A stretch of 45,807 bases of DNA from Halothiobacillaceae bacterium UBA5861 (GTDB taxonomy: Bacteria; Pseudomonadota; Gammaproteobacteria; UBA5861): assembly GCA_002432635.1 (NCBI GenBank), contig DJFX01000045.1, forward strand, positions 33,634 to 79,440. Direction: 5' to 3'. Both the position numbers and the translations under genes were made by a program. Shown here in pieces: positions 1 through 7,954 of the stretch (the stretch's first letter is position 1; every line of letters begins with the position of its first letter). Under the pieces are notes generated by a model. It ran no database searches, had not been told where the DNA came from, and saw only the letters and a program-made list of their open reading frames with translations.

Positions 1-185
1 TGCTGATATTGGTTGACAGGTAATTCAAAAAGGCCACCAAACCCGCCTAGACCTCCCAGGACGCCAGGGATGTGAGTGGTGGAAATGGCCGGTTTAATGC
101 GTTCAATCAGCTCGTTGCCGGAATCAATATTAACGCCGGCATCCCGGTAGCTTAACGAGGTTTTTTTTTGTTCGGAGTCGCTCAT
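1..185 (-). CDS. purM: Phosphoribosylformylglycinamidine cyclo-ligase (AIR synthase), 5' part; runs off the window start
   Basis: Not in the ORF track. Manual translation of the - strand from ATG at 185 gives [56 protein letters not shown], the PurM N-terminus (LSYxDAGVxI...[10 protein letters not shown]). It is divergent from DUF2066, the usual arrangement. Confidence 0.95.
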   Translation of the reverse strand, partial: MSDSEQKKTSLSYRDAGVNIDSGNELIERIKPAISTTHIPGVLGGLGGFGGLFELPVNQYQ

Positions 186-255
186 GTTATCCATCAGGTT
201 TCATCAGGGAAGGTGTTACAATACGCAATTGTACCCTGCATTGTCAGTGACGGAA

Positions 256-1407
256 ATGAGGAGAGGTCTGTTGTCTATTTCGGATTGGGTCAGGTTATAT
301 CCTGCTTGGCTTTTGAGTGTGGCAATCTGGATGTTGTCGCCTTCTGTGGAGGCAGCGCGTGTCGAGGGTATGTATGAAGCGGAAGTCTACGTACGAGACC
401 AGTCGGGCGATGAGCGTATTCGCGGCTTCCGCCTGGCGATGGATGATGTACTCACCCGAGTGACCGGAGATAGTGCTGTTTCCATCCGTGATGAAATTGT
501 TCCTGTCTACCGGCGAGCACAAGCATTTGTTGAAGAGTACCGCTATCTTCCCGTTGAAACCGACAAGACTGCCCCGCAGGCCGAAACAGTAGAGGAAGCG
601 CCCGGTTTTCGACTGTATGTGCGGTTTGCTGAACTGAACTTAAATGCGGCTTTGCGCGAGAAAGGTATTCCCGTTTGGGGGAGTGATCGGCCGGATGTTC
701 TGGTCTGGCTTGCCATTGAGGACCGGGGACAGCGAACACTGGTCAGTGGGCTTGAAAAAAGTGCCGCACGTCAGGAATTAGCGCTACAAGCGCAAGAAAA
801 AGCCTTACCACTTGTGTTACCCCGTTTGGATAAAACCGATAGGCAAGCGCTATCGTTCATTGATATTCGTGGGGGGTTCATTGATAAAATTCGGGCGGCT
901 TCGGCGCGCTACGAGACAAATGTGGTATTGGCCGGGCACCTTGCTTTGAGTGGAAGGAGCTGGCTGGGCCGGTGGTGGCTGATCGATAGTGGGCAAGTCA
1001 AATATTGGCAATCAAGTCATGTTGATATCAATACATCCATTGTTTCAGGTATTGAAGGGCTGTCTAGGATTCTTGTCGATCAGTATGCTCTGGGAGGAAC
1101 CGAGGCTACAACGTCTCTTTATGTTGAAGTTGACCAGATTCGAACCTTAGACCAATACGCAGATGTCCTTCAGTACTTGGCGGCTCTTCCGGTCGTAAGT
1201 CGGGCAGATGTCCACCAGGTTGCTCCCCAGCGTACGACTTATTTACTCACCTTAAATGGCCGCCCTGCCGATTTTGAACGGGCTGTGGCTTTAAACTCAA
1301 AATTACAAAAAGCGGCTGAGGCTGTTTCAGCTGACCGCAAAAATTTAAATCAAATCTCTGGCACGGGTACCAGCACCATCTTACATTACCGGCTTAATGT
1401 TCGATGA
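256..1407 (+). CDS. DUF2066 family exported protein
   Basis: ORF 184..1407; a later start (ATG 256 or downstream) is more likely because 184 overlaps the purM start. Signal-like segment, YEAEV...VLxRVTG, PVWGxxRPxVLVWLA, and position between purM and hda. Confidence 0.8.
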   Translation: MRRGLLSISDWVRLYPAWLLSVAIWMLSPSVEAARVEGMYEAEVYVRDQSGDERIRGFRLAMDDVLTRVTGDSAVSIRDEIVPVYRRAQAFVEEYRYLPVETDKTAPQAETVEEAPGFRLYVRFAELNLNAALREKGIPVWGSDRPDVLVWLAIEDRGQRTLVSGLEKSAARQELALQAQEKALPLVLPRLDKTDRQALSFIDIRGGFIDKIRAASARYETNVVLAGHLALSGRSWLGRWWLIDSGQVKYWQSSHVDINTSIVSGIEGLSRILVDQYALGGTEATTSLYVEVDQIRTLDQYADVLQYLAALPVVSRADVHQVAPQRTTYLLTLNGRPADFERAVALNSKLQKAAEAVSADRKNLNQISGTGTSTILHYRLNVR

Positions 1408-1426
1408 TGTTTAACCTATTAGGCGT

Positions 1427-2128
1427 ATGGCGATGAGCTCCCAGCAATTAGTGTTGAACCTCTCTGTTGAGCCGGATGCCGTCTTTGGAAGCTTTAATGC
1501 AACAGGGAATGAGTTGCTTGTGGACATGCTGCAGAAAGTTGCGTGCGGTCAGGGAGAAAAACAAGTCTATTTTTGGACGCCGGATGCCCACGGCAAATCA
1601 CATTTATTGCAATCGGCATGTCATGCTTGTGCCAATTTAGGTCGGTTACCGGCCTATTTGCCGCTAAAAACACTGGTTAAAGCGGGTCCTCATGTCATGG
1701 AAGGGTTCGAAAGTGCGTCATTGATTTGTGTTGATGATGCGCATCTCGTGGCGGCTCACGGCGGTTGGGAAACTGCATTCTTTGATTTAATCAACCGAGT
1801 ACGCCAGCTGGAAATTCCACTTTTGATTACAGCGAGTCATCGGCCTGCTGAACTTTATTCACTACCTGATCTGATTTCACGCCTTGGTTGGGGAGTGGTG
1901 ATCAATCTAAAGGCGCTTGACGAGCAACAAGTCCGACTGACGTTGATAGCGCGAGCTCAGAAGCTGGGCATCACGCTACCCGAGAATGTTGTGAATTATT
2001 TGCTCGTACACTTTCCGCGTAATATCGCGGCGCAAATGGCCTGTCTTTCACAGCTTGCAGAGCTCTCCTTGGTGGAAAAGAGGGTGCTTACTGTCCCATT
2101 TGTTAAAAAAACACTACAAAATATTTGA
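1427..2128 (+). CDS. hda: DnaA regulatory inactivator Hda
   Basis: N-terminal clamp-binding-like QLVLNL, Walker A-like HGKSHLL, Walker B CVDD, LPDLxSRLxWG, C-terminal LTVPFVK. Confidence 0.93.
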   Translation: MAMSSQQLVLNLSVEPDAVFGSFNATGNELLVDMLQKVACGQGEKQVYFWTPDAHGKSHLLQSACHACANLGRLPAYLPLKTLVKAGPHVMEGFESASLICVDDAHLVAAHGGWETAFFDLINRVRQLEIPLLITASHRPAELYSLPDLISRLGWGVVINLKALDEQQVRLTLIARAQKLGITLPENVVNYLLVHFPRNIAAQMACLSQLAELSLVEKRVLTVPFVKKTLQNI

Positions 2129-2133
2129 CAGAT

Positions 2134-2514
2134 TCAAGAGTGTGATGGTTTTTCGTGGCTGTAACGGGCAAAAAATATGCAGCCAATAAACATCAGTAAG
2201 CTCAAGAAAATCTGTAATGCAGCGAGGAACCATTCTGATTGGATGGTGTAGGCGGTATCAATACCGATCGCAAAATAAGGGAGCGTCAAATAGCTTGCCC
2301 AACGGTGTGTATAAGGTCGAGCATGTAGCAGCCCTCGAAGGGGAAACAGTAAAGGAACAAGGAGCACAATCAGTACAAGAGATCTTGGGACCTGTACAGG
2401 GGGGGAGTACCATGTGTGCCAATTCAAGAGAAGACCCAGTAGGCCAAAATAGCCGATCAATGCGGTCCAGCGGAAAAACATGGCTCTTTTTGAGTAAGCG
2501 GGTGTGTTTGTCAT
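2134..2514 (-). CDS. DUF2069 family inner-membrane protein
   Basis: Four hydrophobic segments, PLLFPLRGLLxxRPYTHxWAS motif, adjacent to hda/arsC. Confidence 0.85.
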   Translation of the reverse strand: MTNTPAYSKRAMFFRWTALIGYFGLLGLLLNWHTWYSPPVQVPRSLVLIVLLVPLLFPLRGLLHARPYTHRWASYLTLPYFAIGIDTAYTIQSEWFLAALQIFLSLLMFIGCIFFARYSHEKPSHS

Positions 2515-2871
2515 TTAGTCTAAAAGTGTTAAGACAGACTCAGGAGGGCGGCCTATTAAAGCACGACTGCCTCTGACAACGATTGGACGTTCTATCAGAA
2601 TGGGGTGAGTTACCATCAGCTTGATTTGATCATCCGTACTTTGATTTGCAAAGTCTGTATCTTTATAAACATCTTCACCTTTTCGAACCAGTTCTAAAGG
2701 CGACATCTTTAACTTTTCAAGCAGTTCGGTCACTTCTGTTACGTCAGGAGGTGTCTTAAGGTACTCAATCACTTCGGGCTCTTCGCCTCGTTCTGTCAGC
2801 AGTTGGAGTGTTTGCCTTGACTTTGAACAACGTGGGTTGTGATAAATTTTGGTTGTTTCTTTTGTCGTCAT
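2515..2871 (-). CDS. arsC: Arsenate reductase (glutaredoxin)/ArsC-YfgD family
   Basis: YHNPRCSKSR, HPILIERPIV, GRPPE motifs. Confidence 0.9.
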   Translation of the reverse strand: MTTKETTKIYHNPRCSKSRQTLQLLTERGEEPEVIEYLKTPPDVTEVTELLEKLKMSPLELVRKGEDVYKDTDFANQSTDDQIKLMVTHPILIERPIVVRGSRALIGRPPESVLTLLD

Positions 2872-2969
2872 AATGTTTTAACTCGCTTGTTCTAAACTTA
2901 CGTGTTAAGGCGCAAAATGCCTTTTATTAACCGGTAGTGACCATAAATCGCTGAATACTAACAATAAGC

Positions 2970-2998
2970 TTGACCCCATGAGTAGCCAGTGTTAGTTT
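2970..2998 (+). promoter_or_regulatory. Putative sigma70 promoter of the LysM lipoprotein gene
   Basis: TTGACC-17 bp-TAGTTT about 100 nt upstream of the ATG; a GGAGA SD precedes ATG 3096. Confidence 0.4.
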
Positions 2999-3095
2999 TG
3001 CCGGGAGTTTGTAGGGTTGGTTAGCAAACCACAATCTGCCAGAATCAACCTGCCGATATAACCTAATAATATTTAATTTTGCCTGGAGACACTAT

Positions 3096-3731
3096 ATGAA
3101 AATTGCTTCTTACGCCAAATCTTTGGGAATGGCAACACTGGTATTGGGTGTGGCTGCTGGTTGTTCCAGCACTCCAAAGACAGAGCCAGCACCTGCTCCT
3201 GAAGAGAAAAAAGTTGGCATGAGTGACGAAGCACGAGCGGCTATCGCATCTGCTAAAGCAGCTTATGATCGAGCGAAGGGTATGGGGTGTGCGTGGTTCA
3301 GCACAGGCCCATTACTTGATAGCGCAGAATACAAAGCAAACCAAGGCGAGAATGAAGCTGCGATTAAAATTGCCCAGAAAGCTGAGGCAGAAGCAAATGC
3401 TGCAATTAAACAGTGCGAAGAACAACGTGCCAAAGCAGCTGAACCGGCTGTCCCCGAGGATATGTCTTATGAAGTAATGACGGGCGATACTTTATGGGGC
3501 ATTTCAGGTCAACCAACTGTTTACGGCAACCCCTATCAATGGCCATTGATTTATAAAAGAAACAGTGACCAAATCCAAGACGCTGATCTGATTTACCCAG
3601 GGCAGGTCTTTTCCATCGTACGTGAACCTTCAGTGGCAGATGTTGACGCAGCGGTTGAGCATGCTAAGACTCGTGGCGCATGGAGTATTGGTGTGACTGA
3701 AGAATCGGATAAAGCTTACTTGAGCCGCTAG
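3096..3731 (+). CDS. LysM-domain lipoprotein with an Ala-rich helical N-domain
   Basis: Lipobox AAGC; LysM motif YEVMTGDTLWGIS...WPLIYKRN..IQDADLIYPGQ; tail HAKTRGAWSIG. Confidence 0.88.
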   Translation: MKIASYAKSLGMATLVLGVAAGCSSTPKTEPAPAPEEKKVGMSDEARAAIASAKAAYDRAKGMGCAWFSTGPLLDSAEYKANQGENEAAIKIAQKAEAEANAAIKQCEEQRAKAAEPAVPEDMSYEVMTGDTLWGISGQPTVYGNPYQWPLIYKRNSDQIQDADLIYPGQVFSIVREPSVADVDAAVEHAKTRGAWSIGVTEESDKAYLSR

Positions 3732-3753
3732 TGTTCATAAAGCTGGTTTCTCG

Positions 3754-3782
3754 AAAAAGGGGCTTTAACAGCCCCTTTTTTT
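3754..3782. terminator. Rho-independent terminator, bidirectional shape
   Basis: AAAAAGGGGCT-TTAAC-AGCCCCTTTTTTT just after the LysM stop codon. Confidence 0.85.
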
Positions 3783-3789
3783 GTGGGGC

Positions 3790-4374
3790 ATGAAGACAAC
3801 AGGCCTGATTTTATCAGGCGGCCACTCAACACGAATGGGCCAGTGCAAAGGGTTCGTGTCTCTATTGGGGCGGCCTATGATTATGCATGTCTTAGATAGG
3901 TTGGAGCCCCAAGTCGACAAAGTGCTTGTCAGTGCTAATGCAGACATTGCTCATTATGAATCTTTGGGCTGTGAGGTTGTTCCAGATAGCCGTTACCCTT
4001 ACAAAGGCCCTCTAGCTGGAATTTTCAATGCCTTGAGTGTGATACAAACAGATTACCTGTTAGTTGTTCCGTGTGATATGCCGTTACTGCCGACAGATTT
4101 GCAAAGCAGGCTCTATCGTTCGCTCACAGAAAATTCAGCCTCCGTAGCAATTGCGCATGATAGCCAGAGAGAGCAGCCATTGCTTGCGCTATTAAAGAGA
4201 GAAGTCTGTGCCTCTCTTCAGTATGTACTGGATGCTGGTGAGTACAGTGTGATGCAATGGTTATCGGAACAGAACTATGTGCTTGCGCAATTTTCAGATC
4301 CTTCAGCATTCATGAATGTGAACACGCCGAATACACTGAAAAAATTGGAAGTTTATCTAAAAACTATGACCTGA
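3790..4374 (+). CDS. mobA: Molybdenum cofactor guanylyltransferase
   Basis: ILSGGxSTRMG, GPLAGI, VPCDMP, FMNVNTP. ATG at 3790 preferred over TTG 3781. The 3' end overlaps the convergent MFS gene by 18 nt. Confidence 0.92.
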   Translation: MKTTGLILSGGHSTRMGQCKGFVSLLGRPMIMHVLDRLEPQVDKVLVSANADIAHYESLGCEVVPDSRYPYKGPLAGIFNALSVIQTDYLLVVPCDMPLLPTDLQSRLYRSLTENSASVAIAHDSQREQPLLALLKREVCASLQYVLDAGEYSVMQWLSEQNYVLAQFSDPSAFMNVNTPNTLKKLEVYLKTMT

Positions 4375-5559
4375 ATTGGGCTCTGTATTCTGTCGATAGA
4401 GCAACAGGATACCTGCAGTCAGCGTTAAAAAAGCCGCAAAATAAAAACCATACTGATAGCTTTTGAAAGTAGCCAGTGAGGCGCCAAAAAGTGCCGGAAT
4501 GGTCATCTGTCCGGCTGCGGTAAAGGCCAGGACGCTCCCCGTATAAGGGCCGACTTTCCCTGGCGGAGAGTATCGTGCTATTTCAGCAAACAGTACACCA
4601 TGCCAGCTCAGTGCAGTACCACTGACTATGGATGCAACCACCGTGACTACCACGGCACTCCAATTCGGATTGGCGAATGTTAATATCAAGGCGCTTAAAC
4701 TCATGGCAAAGCCTAAAAATGCTAAAACATGCGAAGGTGACAAGTAGCGACTCCCCAGCCAACCCCAGAAGATACGGGCGAACAGTGCTGCTATTTGGGT
4801 AATGGAAAAAATATACCCGGCTGTTTTTAGATCAAAACGGAGTTCCTGCACCAGAAAGAGCACAAAGAAAGAGACAAAACATCCTTGTAATCCAACAAAT
4901 GTGAGTGATGCAAATGCCAGCTTTCTCAAGTATCCATGTCTCAACACAGCCCGCAAATTAAACCAGACCTCGTCGCTTTTGAAAGGGTGTGTGGGGTTGC
5001 GGTCATCATCAAAGCGATGACGAAGTGGCTGCAAAGTGACGGCAATGATGACACCTATCAGGCTGACCCCAAGGAAAGCCGACTGCCATCCTCCCAAATA
5101 GATAAAGAATGGAATGATGAGTCCGCCTGCCATCAAACCAACTGGTACGCCAGTTTGTTTGATAGAAAACATTAAAGGCGCAAGCTTGGGAGGGGAGTGT
5201 CGCGCCAGAATATGCGAGCTTGACGGTGTACTCACCATCAAGCCGGCACCAATCAACATCGCGCCAATGGCCATCAGCCAAAGTTCCCCGGTGATTGCAA
5301 TCAATAGACCGGCACTGCTGGCCAAGACGGCAGCCTGGCTCACACGTAACCCTCCATAGCGAATAATAAAACTGCCACATACGAGGGTTGCAAATACTCC
5401 CATGCCATAGGTGAACAATGAATAAGCGCCGACCAGTGCTGGGTTAAGTCCAAGCGTTTCGACCATGACCGGGGCCGTAATCGGGACGACAAGATTACTG
5501 ATGGAGCCAAATGACTGTTGCAGGAGCATTGCGGCGACCGCCGTGTAAAGAAGCTTCAT
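4357..5559 (-). CDS. MFS transporter, substrate unknown
   Basis: 400 aa, about 12 hydrophobic segments, SIKQTGVPVG and ARIFWGWLG motifs. Confidence 0.88.
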   Translation of the reverse strand: MKLLYTAVAAMLLQQSFGSISNLVVPITAPVMVETLGLNPALVGAYSLFTYGMGVFATLVCGSFIIRYGGLRVSQAAVLASSAGLLIAITGELWLMAIGAMLIGAGLMVSTPSSSHILARHSPPKLAPLMFSIKQTGVPVGLMAGGLIIPFFIYLGGWQSAFLGVSLIGVIIAVTLQPLRHRFDDDRNPTHPFKSDEVWFNLRAVLRHGYLRKLAFASLTFVGLQGCFVSFFVLFLVQELRFDLKTAGYIFSITQIAALFARIFWGWLGSRYLSPSHVLAFLGFAMSLSALILTFANPNWSAVVVTVVASIVSGTALSWHGVLFAEIARYSPPGKVGPYTGSVLAFTAAGQMTIPALFGASLATFKSYQYGFYFAAFLTLTAGILLLYRQNTEPNSGHSF

Positions 5560-5705
5560 GTTTCTTTCTATCCCCGAGTGTTGTTATTTTTATATTGGCC
5601 CGGCTGAACGGGAAGATTAAGGGTTTAAATAAAGTACCAATGGAGGGATAATAACCCATACTCATAATAAAAATAGGTTCAATGACTGACTGATGGAGAG
5701 AAAAA

Positions 5706-6605
5706 ATGCATACTTTAGAGAAAGCAAAGGCTAATCCCGTCGAAACAACACGACTGTCTTGGGCTCTGGGAGCAGAGGTACATGGGGTTGATTTGTCGAA
5801 ACCTTTGAGCCAAGACGCCATCGAAGGGGTGCGACAAGCGTTGAATGAAAACCTTGTGTTGGTATTTAGGAATCAAACATTAACGCCCAAGCAGCATGTT
5901 GAGGCGACCCGGCAATTTGGTCAATTGATGATTTCGCCAGGGTTGAGCCGTTGGGTGGACCCTGAGTATCCTGAAGTGTTTGTTGTTACCAACAAACGTA
6001 ACAAAGATGGGAGCCTTTCTGAAACACGCCATACCGCCAGAAAATGGCATTCAGATCAATCATTTATGAAGGTTCCCTCCTTGGGGTCTTTACTGTATTG
6101 CGTGGAAAAGCCGAAACTGGGTGGGGATACGATGTTTGCCAACATGTACTTGGCTTATGATGAACTTTCCGAGACAATGAAAAAAATGCTGGATGGTTTG
6201 CAAGCTACGCATAACTATTTTTTCTATTCCGCATTTAAAGATGGCACGCGGGCCCCGTTCACTGAAGAAGAACTCGCAAAAGTGCCGCCAGTGTCCCATC
6301 CTGTCATCAGAACACATCCGGAAACGAAAAAGAAACTGATTTTTACCAATGAATCAATCACCGAGTGTATTAATGGATTGACGGAATCGGAGTCCAAAGC
6401 AATCCTTAGCTGCCTGTTTGATCAGGTGAAGAATCCACGGTATGTGTATCGGCACCATTGGCAGGTTGGCGATGTTGTATTTTGGGATAATCGCGCAACG
6501 CAACATATGGCACCGGCGGACTACGACACTGAGAATATGGATGCGCCGGAGAATCATCGTCTGATGCGTCGGACGACAATTCAAGGTACGGAAGCGCCAT
6601 ACTGA
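5706..6605 (+). CDS. TauD/TfdA family Fe(II)/2-oxoglutarate dioxygenase
   Basis: GAEVHGVDL, WHSD (HxD), GGDTMFAN, HPVIRTHPET, WDNRATQH, terminal RxMRRTT. Confidence 0.93.
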   Translation: MHTLEKAKANPVETTRLSWALGAEVHGVDLSKPLSQDAIEGVRQALNENLVLVFRNQTLTPKQHVEATRQFGQLMISPGLSRWVDPEYPEVFVVTNKRNKDGSLSETRHTARKWHSDQSFMKVPSLGSLLYCVEKPKLGGDTMFANMYLAYDELSETMKKMLDGLQATHNYFFYSAFKDGTRAPFTEEELAKVPPVSHPVIRTHPETKKKLIFTNESITECINGLTESESKAILSCLFDQVKNPRYVYRHHWQVGDVVFWDNRATQHMAPADYDTENMDAPENHRLMRRTTIQGTEAPY

Positions 6606-6627
6606 CCATTTCTTAGTTTCAGGAGTA

Positions 6628-6661
6628 GCTACCTGCCTATGACCAGGCAGGTGGCGGTTTT
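6628..6661. terminator. Hairpin/terminator between the convergent dioxygenase gene and tRNA-Arg
   Basis: GCTACCTGCCT-ATGACC-AGGCAGGTGGC followed by GGTTTT. Confidence 0.6.
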
Positions 6662-6687
6662 GTCTGCTGCAATAGCGGTGTGAAAAA

Positions 6688-6991
6688 TGGCGCCCCTGAG
6701 ACGATTTGAACGTCTGACCTTTCGCTTCATACCACCATGGTTTTCACCACCAGACATTGCTGTTTGTAGCCTGGACTTTCTCTTCACCCTAGATGAAATA
6801 TCCGTAGGTGCTACCCGTCAAGTCTCTGCACGTTCCGCGAGGCACGCGGCTTCGCTCAGGATTGCCATCGGCATTGGCAGTGAACCAATCCGCTAAGGTT
6901 TCCCTGAGTTTGAGTAGATTCACTTCCTGCGTTTCCACAGAAAGGCCCATAACATAGGAGGCGAATGCTCTATCCACTGAGCTACAGGGGC
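6688..6991 (-). tRNA. tRNA-Arg(CCU), interrupted by a group I intron; exon 1 = 6991..6956, exon 2 = 6727..6688
   Basis: Joined exons give 76 nt: GCCCCTG TA GCTC AGTGGATA GAGC A TTCGC CT CCT^AA GCGAA AGGTC AGACG TTCAAAT CGTCT CAGGGGC G CCA. All four stems pair, the Arg identity element A20 is present and CCA is encoded. Confidence 0.96.
6728..6955 (-). ncRNA. Group I intron (IC3-like), 228 nt, no internal homing-endonuclease ORF
   Basis: Inserted right after the anticodon (CCU^A) and ends in omega-G (...GGTATG). P1: exon CCU pairs with intron GGG (U.G at the splice site). P2: CTTTCTGTG-GAAA-CGCAGGAAG. P3: CTACTC/GGGTAG. P4: CTCAGG/CCTGAG. P7 core: CAGAGACTTGA and AAGAGAAAGTCC. P8: CACCTACG...TAGGGTG. 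P9 hairpins carry GCAA and GAAA tetraloops. Confidence 0.94.
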
Positions 6992-7001
6992 GTAATCGCT
7001 T

Positions 7002-7030
7002 ATTCTATCAGTAGTCTGCTTTTAATTGAA
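7002..7030 (-). promoter_or_regulatory. Putative sigma70 promoter of tRNA-Arg
   Basis: The - strand reads TTCAAT-17 bp-TAGAAT, 10 nt upstream of the mature tRNA 5' end. Confidence 0.6.
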
Positions 7031-7075
7031 TGTGTTGATGCGTAATGAGCGCATCTGAGCGCGATAGAACGCGAG

Positions 7076-7789
7076 TCATTCGTATGTGACTGGCGAGCCC
7101 TGTGCCGGTGTCTCCAAGAGCGTCTTAGTCATCGAGTGAAATGAGCCTGGTGACATGTATTGCAATAGCACTTTTCCTCTGGGCGTTCGAATAATGTCCA
7201 GGCCTTTTGGGGGATAAAGAAAATGTGTATTGCCATCGGTGCTTTTAATGTGTTTCTGAGGCTCGCCAAAACGCTCCTGGATCATTGTTTCGTCAAGGCG
7301 TAAGTAAACCGGTGAATAAGTGATGACAGAAATGATGGCATCCGCTAATGCAGAGATCAGAGCGGTTTCCGTAATTTTTATCTCGTAAGCGCCCGACGGT
7401 GTGGGCGTCTGGTTTTTGGTGGATTGTTCAATTTGATGGACTAAAGCAGGGTCTACCTTGAGCGATAAGATGATTCGTGCAATGAGGTGGTCCAGCGTCA
7501 CTTTATCGAAGTAGGCCTCAATGGATTGTTGTCCATTGGCATGGCGAAATAACCGTATTTCTGATTGTTGCTTAAACCGGTTTTCAGCATTGGCCAGTGT
7601 GCTGACGTCGGGGGTTAAACCAAAAACGGTCGACTCTCCCGCAGCATCAACGGTAATTTGCCAGGGCAAATTTTCAAACTTTTCTTGTGAAGTCTCACCC
7701 GGAGGGAGCGGGGAGGGTTGCATTGAATAAAATAGGTAAGTAGTGATCGCTACAATTCCAATGAACAGCGCTACGATGAATGTTTTCAC
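7076..7789 (-). CDS. Hypothetical membrane-anchored periplasmic protein
   Basis: ORF 7076..7885; likely GTG start at 7789 (VKTFIVALFIGIVAITTYLF, one TM). Conserved-looking LPWQI...VFGL and RFGEP...FLYPxKGL; function not recognised. Confidence 0.7.
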   Translation of the reverse strand: MKTFIVALFIGIVAITTYLFYSMQPSPLPPGETSQEKFENLPWQITVDAAGESTVFGLTPDVSTLANAENRFKQQSEIRLFRHANGQQSIEAYFDKVTLDHLIARIILSLKVDPALVHQIEQSTKNQTPTPSGAYEIKITETALISALADAIISVITYSPVYLRLDETMIQERFGEPQKHIKSTDGNTHFLYPPKGLDIIRTPRGKVLLQYMSPGSFHSMTKTLLETPAQGSPVTYE

Positions 7790-7954
7790 AGAGTTCCATA
7801 GTGGCTTCAATGCAACGATTATACGGGAGCTCTGTTTGGGACAAAATAAAATGATTGTTAGATGCTGCCTGGCAGCAAGTCTCACTTGGCCGTTTGAGTT
7901 TTTATGTCCATAAGAATATTATCAATATCTTATTTTAAGGTAGGTTTAAGATTG

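Noticed and set aside
161-169. T9 homopolymer as a phase-variation tract
   Set aside because: It falls within in-frame Gln-Lys-Lys-Thr codons at the purM N-terminus, with no sign of frame disruption.
4357-6727. Integrative element with att sites at tRNA-Arg
   Set aside because: No integrase, and I found no second copy of the tRNA 3' end in the window by eye.
6687-6977. ORFs 6687..6896 (+) and 6789..6977 (-) as proteins or a homing endonuclease
   Set aside because: They overlap the tRNA exons and intron core, are under 70 aa, and have no LAGLIDADG, GIY-YIG or HNH motif.
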